Assembly: GCF_009914755.1 (NCBI RefSeq)
Contig: NC_060933.1
Origin: the human T2T-CHM13v2.0 reference genome, Homo sapiens
Reading direction: 5' to 3' (one strand)
Length of the DNA stretch: 64,000 nucleotides
A program made the translations under genes and the position numbers. Positions 48,781-61,205 of this stretch are shown here, piece by piece. Under the pieces are notes generated by a model. The model saw only the letters and a list, made by a program, of their open reading frames with translations. It was not told where the DNA came from and made no database searches. Position 1 is the first letter of the stretch. Each line of letters starts with the position of its first letter.

Positions 48781-49318
48781 TGTATTACTTTCCTAGGGCT
48801 GCCATAACAAAGTACAACAAACTGGGTGGTTTACGCATCAGACACTTGTTGTCTCACTTTTCTAGTGGCTAGAAGTCTGAAATTAGGGTGTCAACAGGGT
48901 TGGTTCCTTCTGAGGGCTGTGAGGGAGGCATCTCCAGGCCTCTCCGCTAGCTTCTGGCATTCCTCAGCATGTAGATATTTACCCCGTGACTTCACATTGT
49001 CTTCCCTTTGTAAGTGTCTTTGTGTCCAAATGTCTCCTTTTCATAAGAACTCCAGTCATATTAGATTAGGGCTCACCCTAATGACTTCACCTTAATTTGA
49101 TCATCTTAAAGAACATATTTCTAAACAAGTGCAATGGTGTGATCTTGGCTCACTGCAACCTCTGCCTCCCGGGTTCAAGCGATTCTCCTGCCTCAGCCTC
49201 CTGAGTAGCTGGGATTATAGGCGCATGCCTATAATTCCAGCTGTGAATATAATATATTCACAGATACTAGGGGACAAGACTTCAACATTTTTTGGGGGGT
49301 ACAATTCAACCCATAACA
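48781..49318 (-). mobile_element. MLT1C-like solo LTR, interrupted by an Alu fragment
   Basis: tgtatta...ccataaca termini; 5-bp TSD GATGC at 48776-48780 and 49319-49323. Confidence 0.85.
49128..49229 (-). mobile_element. Internal Alu right-arm fragment with no tail and no TSD
   Basis: agtgcaatggtgtgatcttggctcactgcaacc...gggattataggcgcatgcc. Confidence 0.9.
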
Positions 49319-50469
49319 GATGCCTCATCTAGTAGCACCTCAATGGTAAATGGCACCACGCAGCTGGCCCAGGTTTCACCAAAGCTTCCCATGGCAGCTT
49401 CTGTTTTTCAAGAGGGAGTTCACATGGTATCCAATAGTTGCTAGTTCACTTTCCTTTTCTATATTCTCAAGGAGAATGCAGTACTCAAACTAGGAGGTAT
49501 TTTTAATCTTTCACTCTTTAAGTAAACTGGGCTGTACATTTATTTTGAGAAGTGAAAAAAAATTTGCTCATTGGCATTGGCATCCAGCTAAAATCAAGTT
49601 CAGTAATGCCCCAGGCTATTCAAAGCTTTTGTGCCTGTGACCTATTTGTGGGAAGATAATGTATTAATAATTGTAATGTTATAGCAGCCTCCTGATAATA
49701 TATTCCAATATTTTATTGGTTTGCTATCTCTGAAAGGACTGGGAACCCCCTGAATAATTCCACTGAGGCGGGATAATCTTAGAAAGTCTCTGAACAGCAG
49801 TGAGTCAGCCAGAATAAGCCTGTCTGGCACAATCCACAGGGATCCCCTCAAGAGAGAAAACAAAGTCAAAAGTAGCAGAAACAACTGAGTGGAAGAAGTG
49901 AAACCAGTGGAAGATTTAGCCAATTTCCATGGCAGATTTAAGTCACTGGTTTAATGTTGGTCGAAGAGGTGTTCTTGGAGTTGCCTGCATTACGTTGCTT
50001 CTCATTTCGATGCTTAGTTTATGAAACATTTATGTGTCTTTTCATGTATTGTTAGTTTCCTCCCCTTTTACTCCCTGGAATGAGAGTCACAAGAGAGGCT
50101 ACAGAAGAGGTAGTAGCCCCTTCATATCTGATGCAGACATGCAAGTTTTCAGTCCCTTACTGTAAGTTATGCCTTTATGCTACTTGCTTTCAATCCTGGC
50201 AATGCCACCATAGATTCTGCTGCAATTGGTCTTGGCTGGGTCGGGGAATAGTGCTTTTTAAGAGCAGCACTGGTGATTCTAATATGTAGCCAATGTTGAG
50301 AACCATGCCCTCCATCTTTTTGGCTTGTTTGCTTTGAAAGACAGAAGAGCAAAATTAGGGGAATATTTGCAGTGTAAGGTCTATCTATATTCCTCCAGGA
50401 CACACATGCCCCTCTCTATCCCCTATCCTTAACTAGGCACATTCATGAAGCAAAAATTCCCTGTACCTC

Positions 50470-51392
50470 ATCATGGCCACGGGCATGAGGGAATGATGCT
50501 GGATCATGACCTTAAAGGAACCATGCAGCTCTATGGGCATGAAGAAGCCATGCAGTATGATGGCCATGAGGGAACCATGAGGCTCCATGGGCATGAGGAA
50601 CCATGCAGCTCCATGGCCATAAGGGAATCATGCAGCTACAGGGCCATGAGGAGCCATGCAGCTTCATGTGCATGAGGTAGTATGCAGCTCCAAGGGCATG
50701 AGGAAACCATGCAACAATATGGGCATGGGGGAACCATGCAGCCTCTTGAGCTTGAGAAAATCATGTGGCACCATGTGCATGAGGAAACTGGGTAGCTCCA
50801 TGTGCCTGAGGAAACTATGCAGCTCTGTGGGCATAAGAGAACCACGACGCTACATGTGCATGAAGGAACCATGCAGCTCCATAGCCATGAGGAAACAATG
50901 TGGCACCACGACCATGAGGAAACCACGTGGCTCCATGGGCATGAGGGAACCATGCGGCTCCATGGGCATGAGGGAACCATGCAGCTCCATGGGCATGAGG
51001 ACACCATGTAGTATCATGGGCATGAGGGAACCATGCAGCTATGTGTCCATAAGAGAACTATGCAGCTTCATAGGCATGAGGAAATTATGCAGCTCCATGG
51101 GGATGTGGAAACCATGCAGCTCTATGTCCATGAGAAAACCATGAAGCTCCATGGGCATAAGGAAACCAAGCAGCACCACGTACATCAGGAACCATGGAGC
51201 ATCATGACAATGAGGAATCCATGCAGCTCCATGGTCATGAGGGGACCATGGGGCACCATGGTTATGAGGAAACTATGCAGCACCATGGGCTGAGGAAACC
51301 AGGCAACTCCATGGGCATAAGGAAATCATAGCTCCATGGCTATAAGAACAGCAAGCAGCTGCATGGCTAGAAGGAAATAATGCAGTACCATG
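50470..51392. repeat. Degenerate minisatellite, ~27-bp unit CCATGCAGCTCCATGGGCATGAGG(A/G)AA, ~34 copies
   Basis: Periodic CATG-rich units; 9-aa periodic translations (MQLHGHEGT; MGMREPCSS). Confidence 0.93.
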
Positions 51393-51614
51393 ATAGTTGA
51401 TTACTGTTCACAACTTTTAGTACATCTGGTAGTCTGAGCCTTTAGATACTGCATATCCATTTCCTAGTTGAATTAACTTTTATTTCATGTCTTTTAAACT
51501 GGGTTCTTGCCTTTTGACTGGATTGGTAAGTTACTGGACCATCTAAGCCTTTTTCCTTATCAGAAACAGTGTCTTTCTTCCTCTGTATTGTGAAATGAGT
51601 GCAAATAGCCTGAA

Positions 51615-51970
51615 TGTATTAGTCCGTTTTCACACTGCTGTAAAGAACTACCTAAGACTGGGTAATTTATAAAAAGAAGAGGTTTAATTGACTCCCAGTT
51701 CTGCATGGCTGGGGAGGCCTCAGGAAACTTACAATCATGGTGGAAAGTGAAGGGGAAGCAAGTCGTATCTTACATGACATCGGGAGAGAGAGTGAAAGAG
51801 TGAGGAAGTGCCACAGTTTAAAACCATCAGCTCTTATGAGAACTCATTCACTATCTTGAGAGCAGCATGGGGAAGATGGCTTCCATGATCTAATCACCTC
51901 CCAACCTCAACATGTGGGGATGACAATTCGAGATGAAATTTGGGTGGAGATACAGAGCCAAACCATATCA
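51615..51970 (-). mobile_element. THE1D/MSTA-like solo LTR
   Basis: tgtattagtccgttttcacactgct...ggcctcaggaaacttacaatcatgg...aaaccatatca. Confidence 0.88.
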
Positions 51971-52544
51971 CTGTGCTTGCAGAAATAGCTTGAAAATCTC
52001 TTCTATTCTCATCAACATACCTCTGAGGGCATGATTTCTTTTTTTACGTTCTCATAGTAGAAAGAACTGCAACGTAGACTAGATAAGTTAACAGGGAATA
52101 GCCAGTTCGTTGGTATCATTAAAGGGTTTAAATATTGACGTACACAGTGGCTTAAACAGTGCATACAGGTTTTTAATATGGAGAATATCTATTTCATAAG
52201 AACTAATGAGATGATGTATGTGACGGTACCCAGCACAGTTCATGGAATTGAATGGGTGCTCAATGTGTCTGTGTTTCTTAATTTATTAACTCCTGTGCCA
52301 AGACACTTGATGAGGGCTTCCAGCACAAGATGCTGGGAGTCCTTGACCATGTCAGTGATAAGAGTATGACCCATTTCACTGATAGTGGGTTACAATATTT
52401 TCTTTTATTTTCTAAGTAACTGAGAATACGGAGGTCTTATCAGCAGGAAGTTCAGAGTTTGTTCTTATCTTTGCTCACTCATGTAGGTAGTAAAATTATT
52501 TAAACATATTTTTCTATTTATTAACAAATATTAAAAAGTATCTA

Positions 52545-52955
52545 CTTCCATCAGTGGATGAATGGCTACACAAAATGTGGCCCATACAAACAATGGAATA
52601 CTATTCATTCTTAAAAATGAAGACAATTCTGATACATGCTACAACGCAGATGAACCTTGAAAACATGATGCCAAGAGAAGTAAGTCAGATGCAAAAGGAC
52701 AGATAATGTATGATTCCACTTATGTGAGGTATGATAATAGGCAAATTCACAGAGACAGAAAGAACAGTGGTTACCAGGCATTGAGTGGAGCAGAAGAAGA
52801 GGAGTTATAGGGAGTACAGAGTTTCTGTTTGGGATGATGAAAAAGTTCTGGAAATGTATAATGTTGATGGTTACACAACATTGTGAATGTACTTAATACC
52901 ATTGGATTGCATGCTTGAAATGGCAAATTTTATGTTAGGCATATTTTATCACCAC
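52545..52955 (+). mobile_element. L1MB-type 3' end
   Basis: gatgaatgg...caatggaatactattc...gatggttacacaacattgtgaatgtactt. Confidence 0.85.
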
Positions 52956-53029
52956 CACTACCCCATATTTTATCACCACCACTACCCCCCCCCACCAACA
53001 CACACACACACACGTAACTACTGAGTATA

Positions 53030-53225
53030 TGCTGGAGGAGAGTAGTGGCTTTCTGGAATATAAACAAAAGCCTTATCTGTAGCATTGGCTGATTTCCATG
53101 GTGTAAATTCTTCCTCTGAGGCAGATTTCAAGCTATCAACACAATGACTCTGAACTTGGAGTTGGCAATAGAAGAGCAACATTGGCTCTTCTGAGTCAGT
53201 AGGAGCTGACTTCAGCCCACTTCTG
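53030..53225 (-). mobile_element. MER63A/B-like hAT element
   Basis: gatttccatggtgtaaat...gatttcaagcta...ttggctcttctgagtcag. Confidence 0.6.
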
Positions 53226-53424
53226 ACTGGAAAATGAGAAATTTGGTATAACTTGACTTTTTCACTGCTTTCCCCACTTGCCACTTTTTGTTGTACATTG
53301 GCAGTTTGAATTAAGGTTAGAAAATTATTATTTTTATGTTAAGTAATATAATGATAATTTGAAACTTGTATTAAATTTTAATGTGTATGTTAACTTTGGA
53401 GACTACATTTTACTGATCACTAGC

Positions 53425-53736
53425 TTTTCTTTTTCTTTTTCTTTTTTTCTTTTTTTTTGAGACAGGACCTCACGCTGGCACCCAGGCTGGAGTGCAGTTG
53501 TGTGATCACGGCTCACTGCAGCCTTGACCTCTCAGTCTGAAGCGATTCTCCCACCTCAGCCTCCTGAGTAGCTGGGAGTACAGGTGTGAGCCACCACACC
53601 CAGCTAATTTTTATTTTTTTGGAGAAATGGGTTCTCACTATGTTTCCCAGGCTGATAACTTCTGGGTTCAAGCAATCCTCCTACTTTGGACTCTGAAAGT
53701 GCTGGGATTACAGGTATGAGCCACCATATGCAGCCC
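53425..53736 (-). mobile_element. AluJ, degenerate
   Basis: (CTTTT)n/T tail and AluJ-type gatcacggctcactgcagccttgacc. Confidence 0.9.
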
Positions 53737-55639
53737 CAACTTGTTTCAGAGGGGTGCATTTGTCCCAGTTCTTCAGGTTTCCCCTTATTTGATTTGCTTT
53801 AGTGCTTTACATGTTTAGTGATTTTTTTTCCTGTTTACTCATCTTACAGAGTGACATCAATTTCTCTATTGGTAGTTGAAATGGGTCTGATGGGAGGAAT
53901 GTGGATTTTTGTTTATTTCAGGCACATAGGAAGAAGAAAGAGAAAAGGAAAAGGTTAGGTTGCCAGGAGACTTTGACTTACCAATTAGTCTAGAGATCTA
54001 GCATGCTAGTGGGTAAAGGCTGGGAAGTAGAATCAGAATTTACTTCCATATTTCTTGAGGCAATCAGACTTCAACAAGGGCAATGCTACTTTTCCTGGTG
54101 TGGCAGGGTTGTTCTTAAAATGGGCTAGTGATGGCAGTGCTCCTATACTTGGTCAGCATGGCAACATGAGCTGATTTCTTAGGTACATTTGTCCAACACA
54201 TGAGAGAAGTCATGGGAACAGCCCGCTCTTCTCCTATCTAATTGCCTTTGCATAATGGTTTGAAATACCTCGATGTTTCTTGGTTGAAGATGTCACCCAT
54301 TATTCTTACCTAAAATTTTGCTTTTACCTTTTAAATTGGCACTGGGAATGGGACATGACAAGATTTCTTTATCTGGAAATCTAAAAAAGAAGATCATAAA
54401 CTAAATGTTTGGGGTCAGAGGTGGCAGTTCCATGCTGCTGAGAGCCTGATGTCTGTTTCTTACCAGCGCTGGCTTCTCCAACAGGTCAGTGCTTGCTCTT
54501 TCTGTGTGGATCCTGTGTGGGGCTGTGTGGATCCTACTGTTGCATCAGCATAACCGATACCATTTACTTCATTCATTTGGGGTACAAATATGATCCCGTC
54601 ACCTTAATATTGTCAAATTAATTGTTTAAAACCCAAGGTATCCTGGTAGGAAGATATCCAGTGGTTGCCTTAAGACCTTTACCCCTACTTAAAAATTCCC
54701 AAGAACTCCAAAGCTTTACTCTGTCCAAATTTAGGGGAGGATTATTTCTCCTTCTATTAATAATACCATAATTAGAGGGAAGTGGGAACCCTGATCACTG
54801 CTTCATATTAGCTCATGTCACTGCTGTTGAAACTGGGTCCCATAGATGATTCCCTTTGCAATATGTTGAATGTTCAAGTTCCTGTGCAGACCACTGTGGA
54901 ATCTCAAAGTTGAGCTCGAGATCATTATTCCCATAGTCCATTCTTAAACATGTCCTAACAACACTGTGCTAGGATGACTGAGTCCCAAGAGGCTTCTAGT
55001 ATCAGTATGCATTGTGCTGTTACCAGGCCTCCTGACTCCCAAGTCTCAGGCCTGTTGAGCCCCGGTCACTAGCCTAGATTATACCTTTCCACAGTTAATT
55101 TTATTCCAGAGGCCTTGCCTTTCTTTACTCTGGGCCTTCTTCTGGGCCACCCTCGTCTACCCTCATGGTTCTCCCATGAGGGAACAGGGTTTGCAGGATC
55201 AGATCCTTCTCTCCTGCAATATACAATATGCAGATTGGTCCACTTTCTTCAGCAGACATGGACTCTGCTTGCCAGTGGATATTGTGTTGGGTCTGACGTG
55301 GCAAGGCACAAATATTCCTATTGTAATCTTCTGCCAGAGAAAAAGTCCATGCTCATTCTTCAAAAGAGAGAACACTCAAGTGATTCTTTGAAGAAAAAAT
55401 ATCTTGTTCAAGGTACTACTCTGCCCTTACCTATGTTGAAAAGCAGCTGGCAGAGACTGTTAATACAAAGGCAGATGTAACTCCTTTTGTGGTATTGTTT
55501 CATCTTTACGTTTATTCTGTGGTACGAGAGAGCATGGCTAATGTGGGCATATGGAGTCACAGTATTAGAAAAGGCAAACAGGTAAGTGGTAGAGTCAGAA
55601 TTTGATTCCATCTCCCTGACTCTGAGGCCAGTGTCTATT

Positions 55640-55870
55640 CTGTCAATTGACAGTTATTATTGGGTACTTGCTGGTGCCAGACACGGCACTTGGTAGGTGC
55701 TGGGGATACAAGGAGAAGACATGGTTCTAGAGAGGAAGTTAAACTACAAGAAAGAAAATGTAAAGGTGTGAACAGGGCACTAAGAGCACATGAGAGAGGG
55801 CACTTGAGCGGGGGTTTCCTGGAGAAGGAGATGTCCAAGCTGAGTCTTGAAGGAAAAATTGGGTAAGGCG
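55640..55870 (-). mobile_element. L2 fragment
   Basis: tattgggtacttgctggtgccagacac...gctggggataca...gctgagtcttgaagga. Confidence 0.6.
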
Positions 55871-55994
55871 AGTAGGCTCTTTATAGTGAGATAAACAGCA
55901 AGTGCTGACTGCAGAGCTTTCTGGTTACCATAATGTACTTTGTTATTGGGATAGAGAGCAGCTGCTGTGTAAAGGCTTTCTAAGTGTTTCTTTC

Positions 55995-56420
55995 TTCTTT
56001 CTTTTTTTTTTTTAAAAACACAGCTTTATTGAAGTGTAACTGATACCCAGAAAGCTGCACATATTTGATGTATACAATTTAATAAGTTTGTACATATGCA
56101 TACACCTGTGAAACTATTACCACCGTCAAGATAATAAACATATCCATGCCCCTTTTTTTCATGGTAAGAATACTTAACATGAGACCTACCCTCTTAACAA
56201 AATTAGGCGCACAATACAGTATTGTTAACTATAGGCACCATGCTGTACATCTGCATAACTCTAGGACACATTCATCTTGCATGACTGAAGCTCTATACCC
56301 ATTGAACAACAACTCCTCCTTTTTTCCCCCTCTTCCATCCGCCAAAAGCCACCATTCTACTTTCTGCTTTTATGAGTTTGACTATTTTAGATGCCTCATA
56401 TAAATGGAATCATACAGTAT
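55995..56420 (-). mobile_element. L1MB/L1MA10-type 3' end
   Basis: cagctttattgaagtgtaactga...ggtaagaatacttaacatgagacctaccctctt. Confidence 0.8.
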
Positions 56421-56639
56421 TTCTTTATAAGGGCATATTTATACCTACTGGAAACCAGTTTGTTGCAACTAATTACCATTTGAACTTATGGGACACATTG
56501 GTTTGTGTAAAACTAAAACAATTCTGAACCCATTATTGCCTGGTTTTCATTTCCATTCTTTAAGTCCCATATAATCAAAGTTATAGTTATTCTAACATAT
56601 TTTTGAGCAATGTTTGTAAATGGACTGATGTTAGTTGAG

Positions 56640-56850
56640 TACATGCCACGTGTTAGGTTCTTTATATCAATGTTCTCATGATGTGTGTATTATTACCTTT
56701 GTTATAGACAGGAAAACTGAGGCTCAGACAGATTAAATATGCTGAAGGTCGCACAACTAAGTGTATCAGCTGGAGCAATAAGTGTGTCAGCTGGAATACA
56801 AACTCAGACCGGGCTGCTCATTCTAAGGCAATACCCAGAGCTCTCACTAC
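56640..56850 (-). mobile_element. MIR SINE
   Basis: acaggaaaactgaggctcagacagattaa. Confidence 0.7.
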
Positions 56851-58859
56851 CATCCTCTGTGTTGCTGGAAGTCTGAGTTGCTGACAGAGAACCCTATTAA
56901 TTACATGTGAGTGAAAATAGACTGAGGGGCATTAAGCAGGTGTGACCATAAAAACTGCTTCTGTTTCCATGGATTTAATTATCTCCCACTATTGGCTTGA
57001 ATTGGTTGTGAATGCACTGATAGAAGGTAATCAAAGAGCTGAATGAACCTGGCAGTTGTAAACGGAAGCACAGGGTCCCCGTCAGGCCAGTACAGAAGTG
57101 AATGCATCCGTTGTTTTTAATAGGCCAAATATTTCTCTCTTGTTCCCTAGGAGGCAATTGGAAGAGACATGCTGATAGCTCCCCTTGGGACATTAACCGG
57201 AATCATATTTGTAAAGTGAAGCTTAAGTTGGTCATTTTATTCCCAGTTTCACAGAAATAGGAGGCGAATGGCAGTGGGAGCAAAGACACAATTTCTAGTT
57301 CCTCAAAGATCACAAATTCTATTAGTGCAATATTTTCACACAGTTATATAAAATGTTCACTTTCGATAAATCTCTATTTTCTGGTGGTTTTAAAGGCAAA
57401 TCTTTTCTACTGTAATGATTGTTTGAATGACCAATGTGGACATTTCTCCTTGCCTAGATTTCTGATTCCTCAGCAATATAATCCCATGATCCACATTTAG
57501 TTTGTACTTTCTAGGTGATCAACACAGCTGCTCTGTCTGTGGGATGTGGATAGCCTCGTGAACTTCTGACCCCTATGTTTTGAATGCCTTATGGTCATGA
57601 CTTAATTTTGAAGATAACATTTGGTGAGTCAAAGGAAAAGAGTGAACTCTCCCATATGTTCCTTTAATACTACTTCCCAAGGTTAAGAAAGAGAAATTGA
57701 AATATGCTAAGTCAGAAAAGAAATTCATGGCAATGGGAACCAGTTTGGGATACGGCTATTCTGAAGGTTCAGAGATGTACTTATTTCCTGGAAGATCACG
57801 TTGCAACTGTCAGTTAACCTATAAGGATCCCTATCAATAGAGGAGAGGAGAGAAGAGGAACAAGATAGGTTTTTAGTGCCTCGGTGCATTATGCTATTCT
57901 CATCAACCATCACATTATGAATTTAATGAAGTTACTCAGATAACTATAAGTCAGATTAGAGTTCAGTGTGTTTTCGATTGAATTATCCAGTTTGATTATT
58001 GACATGTACAATATTTAATTAAATTTATTACCACTAATACAGTATAAATGAAAATCTGGCTAGATTTTCAAAGCCATAGTTTTACCTAGGAATATGAATA
58101 ATAACTGGATGTGGCAGTTCTCAAAAAGAAAGAAACTTTTTTTCACAGATATCTCATTCTATGTCATAACAACATATATGACTGTTTAACTGGGTAACCA
58201 TTTGTTTATAAAGCTATTTTCATGTTCCTAGCACTGCTAGAGTTTGGGATTCCTGTAATGAGTAAGATAATCCCTTGCTTTCAAAAAACTCACAGTCCTT
58301 TTTATTGAAGGCTTGAATTATTTATCTTTAGTAAATCGAAATGTGTTTTAAGTGTGCTCACCCAGTCCATGAATTAAAGTTCTGGTTAATTATTTTGTAA
58401 AGAAAGGATTACTTTTGCCATAAGAAGAGCACTGTAAGTTTACTCTTTTTGTATCCTGTTTCTTAATGTGGGGCTTTATAGCTAGTGTAGCTGCTTCTTA
58501 AAACAGGTGTTTCAAACAACGGAAGGGAGAGCCAGGTTTGTTGGGCCTTGGGTCTTCTGGCCACTTATTTCCCACTTTTCCCCTACTCAACCCTCTGCTT
58601 TTGTGACATTTCTTGCATTGAGCTCATTCTCCCCTTCTTTGATAATTTGCTTGTTATGTCCCCTTCACCCAGAGTTTCTTCTTTTCTTTGATAATATGAA
58701 CTTTTCATTGTTTTTTAAAGCTTAGCTTAACTTTTCTTCCTCCTTAAAGCTTTCCCTACCCTCACCCAGAACTCTCTTTTTATTCATTAAATTCTAGGAG
58801 CAATGTCAGGGCAATTAGCACTTGGTCAGTTTCTAGTGTTTCAATAACATTAATAACAA

Positions 58860-59062
58860 CAAACAGCAGTTTTCACTAAGTGCTTACTGAGTACCAATGT
58901 TATAACCACCGGACATGCATGTACTATTATTATCTTTATTTTATAGATAAGAACATTGCAATCCAGAGGACTTTAGTAGCTTAATAAAGGCCCCACAGCT
59001 GGCAAGTAGTGGATCTGGGTAAACCCAGACCATTAGATCCTAGAGCCTGAGCTATTATCCAC
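58860..59062 (-). mobile_element. MIR SINE
   Basis: tattattatctttattttatagataagaacattg...cacagctggcaagtagtgg. Confidence 0.7.
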
Positions 59063-59064
59063 TG

Positions 59065-59600
<536 letters not shown>

Positions 59601-60944
59601 ATATACTTTGCTGACTTTTCATTAATATATTTACCTTCCTAATCTGACTGTAAACTTCTTGAGGTCAGAGATTATGCTATCTACATACAACCTTCTAAAT
59701 CCCCAAGTCTGCAATAGACATTTAGACATTGACTACAAGCTTAATCAATACTTGCTTTTTTTCTGATATAGGCAGCAAAATTAAATATTTTCATACAACT
59801 GTTGGAAAGATTCATATGATGGGACTTCTCATGAAAGCATCTGGTAATAGCCAAAGGCCCCGTAGTTAGGACCAACCTCATGAATGCTTCTTCTCATTCT
59901 GATACTGACTTAGTACATCTTCATTTCCTGCCTCAGTTTGCCTGCCTTTGAAGTTGGGGACATTTTAATAATAAAGAAACGGAGGTATTGGTGGGAGCTA
60001 GTAATGGTAATTAGAATATAGAATTTAAAAAGTGATAAGACTAACATCTCATTTAGACATTTAAGATATAAATGAAATTAGCTTATTATTGAAGTTAGAT
60101 CATACATGGTCCATTTCTAATTCACTGTGACAAGACTTTCACATCAGTTCAATTAGGTAGATGTTGAGGGGTCACACAAAAGCTTTTCTGTACCCTCTGA
60201 TGGCTGTTGACAATTGCTGAGTTAGCTAGTAGTGGCCTTGCATTAGTCTGTGATAACAGGATACTCACACCTTCCAGTCCAGCCTCCTAGTTTCAGATGA
60301 TCTATATAATTTCCTCAGGTCAAGCCAGAATTTTAACCCTGATCTTAATATTCCAAATTCATTGTTTCCCACAGCCGCATCCTATTTCCTCTGCATGGCA
60401 TGCTACTAAACATATGAGTCAAAAAGCAGCTTAGGTCGTGTGGGAATAAGGCTGGTAACAGAAAAGAAAAGACTTATTTTGTACTCCCCTGACCTTTTTT
60501 TTTGGCTAACCAATTTCTTATGCGGCATCAGCTCCTGAAGGACTGCTGACAGCATATTAGCCATTTACATTTTATCCATTTATAATCAGAATCATGGCAA
60601 TCCAAATGTTTACTTTTAATATGAATACCAACCGTATCACTAGGCAATTGTTATCATTAAACCCTAGCAATTGGCTAATGTCCAACGAATAATTTAAACT
60701 GTGGAACCTTGTGGGTTACTGTCCTGCCTGTGTGTTATTAATTCTTATCAACATTTTGTTTAAAGAAACAGTTTTGGAAGGAACAATAAGCAAAAAATAA
60801 AAGTATCACCTACCTATCACACACTACTGAGGATGGAAAACATCTAATATTTATTTGGAGATCCGATGGACTGGGGATGAGTTGTCAACAGAAACAGCAC
60901 CTGTGAATGTGCCCTTTGTCTTTCTAGAAAAGTCATTTGTTAGG

Positions 60945-61205
60945 AATTTATTTATTAAATAAATTTTATTGTGTATATTGTGTTTATTTATAAATTATAT
61001 TATATATTTTATATGTAGTATGTGTATATATATAGTAGTAAGATGATTACTATAATGGAATGAATTAACATATCCATCATCCCTCACATAGTTACCCATT
61101 TTTCCCCTCTGTGGCAAGAGCCTCTATAATTTACACATTTAGCAAAAATCCTAAATACCATACATTATTATTAACCATAATCTCCATGTTGTACATGGAT
61201 CTTTT
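60945..61205 (-). mobile_element. L1MA9-like 3' end fragment
   Basis: aattaacatatccatcat...cacatagttacc...gtggcaagagc. Confidence 0.7.

Noticed and set aside
50470-51392. CRISPR-like array or p53 response-element array
   Set aside because: Units are contiguous and degenerate with no unique spacers, and the DNA is primate. The CATG cores mostly lack the RRRCWWGYYY flanks needed for p53 sites.
56758-56795. 21-bp-period duplication taagtgt(a/g)tcagctgga inside a MIR
   Set aside because: Ordinary short slippage duplication in an old repeat.
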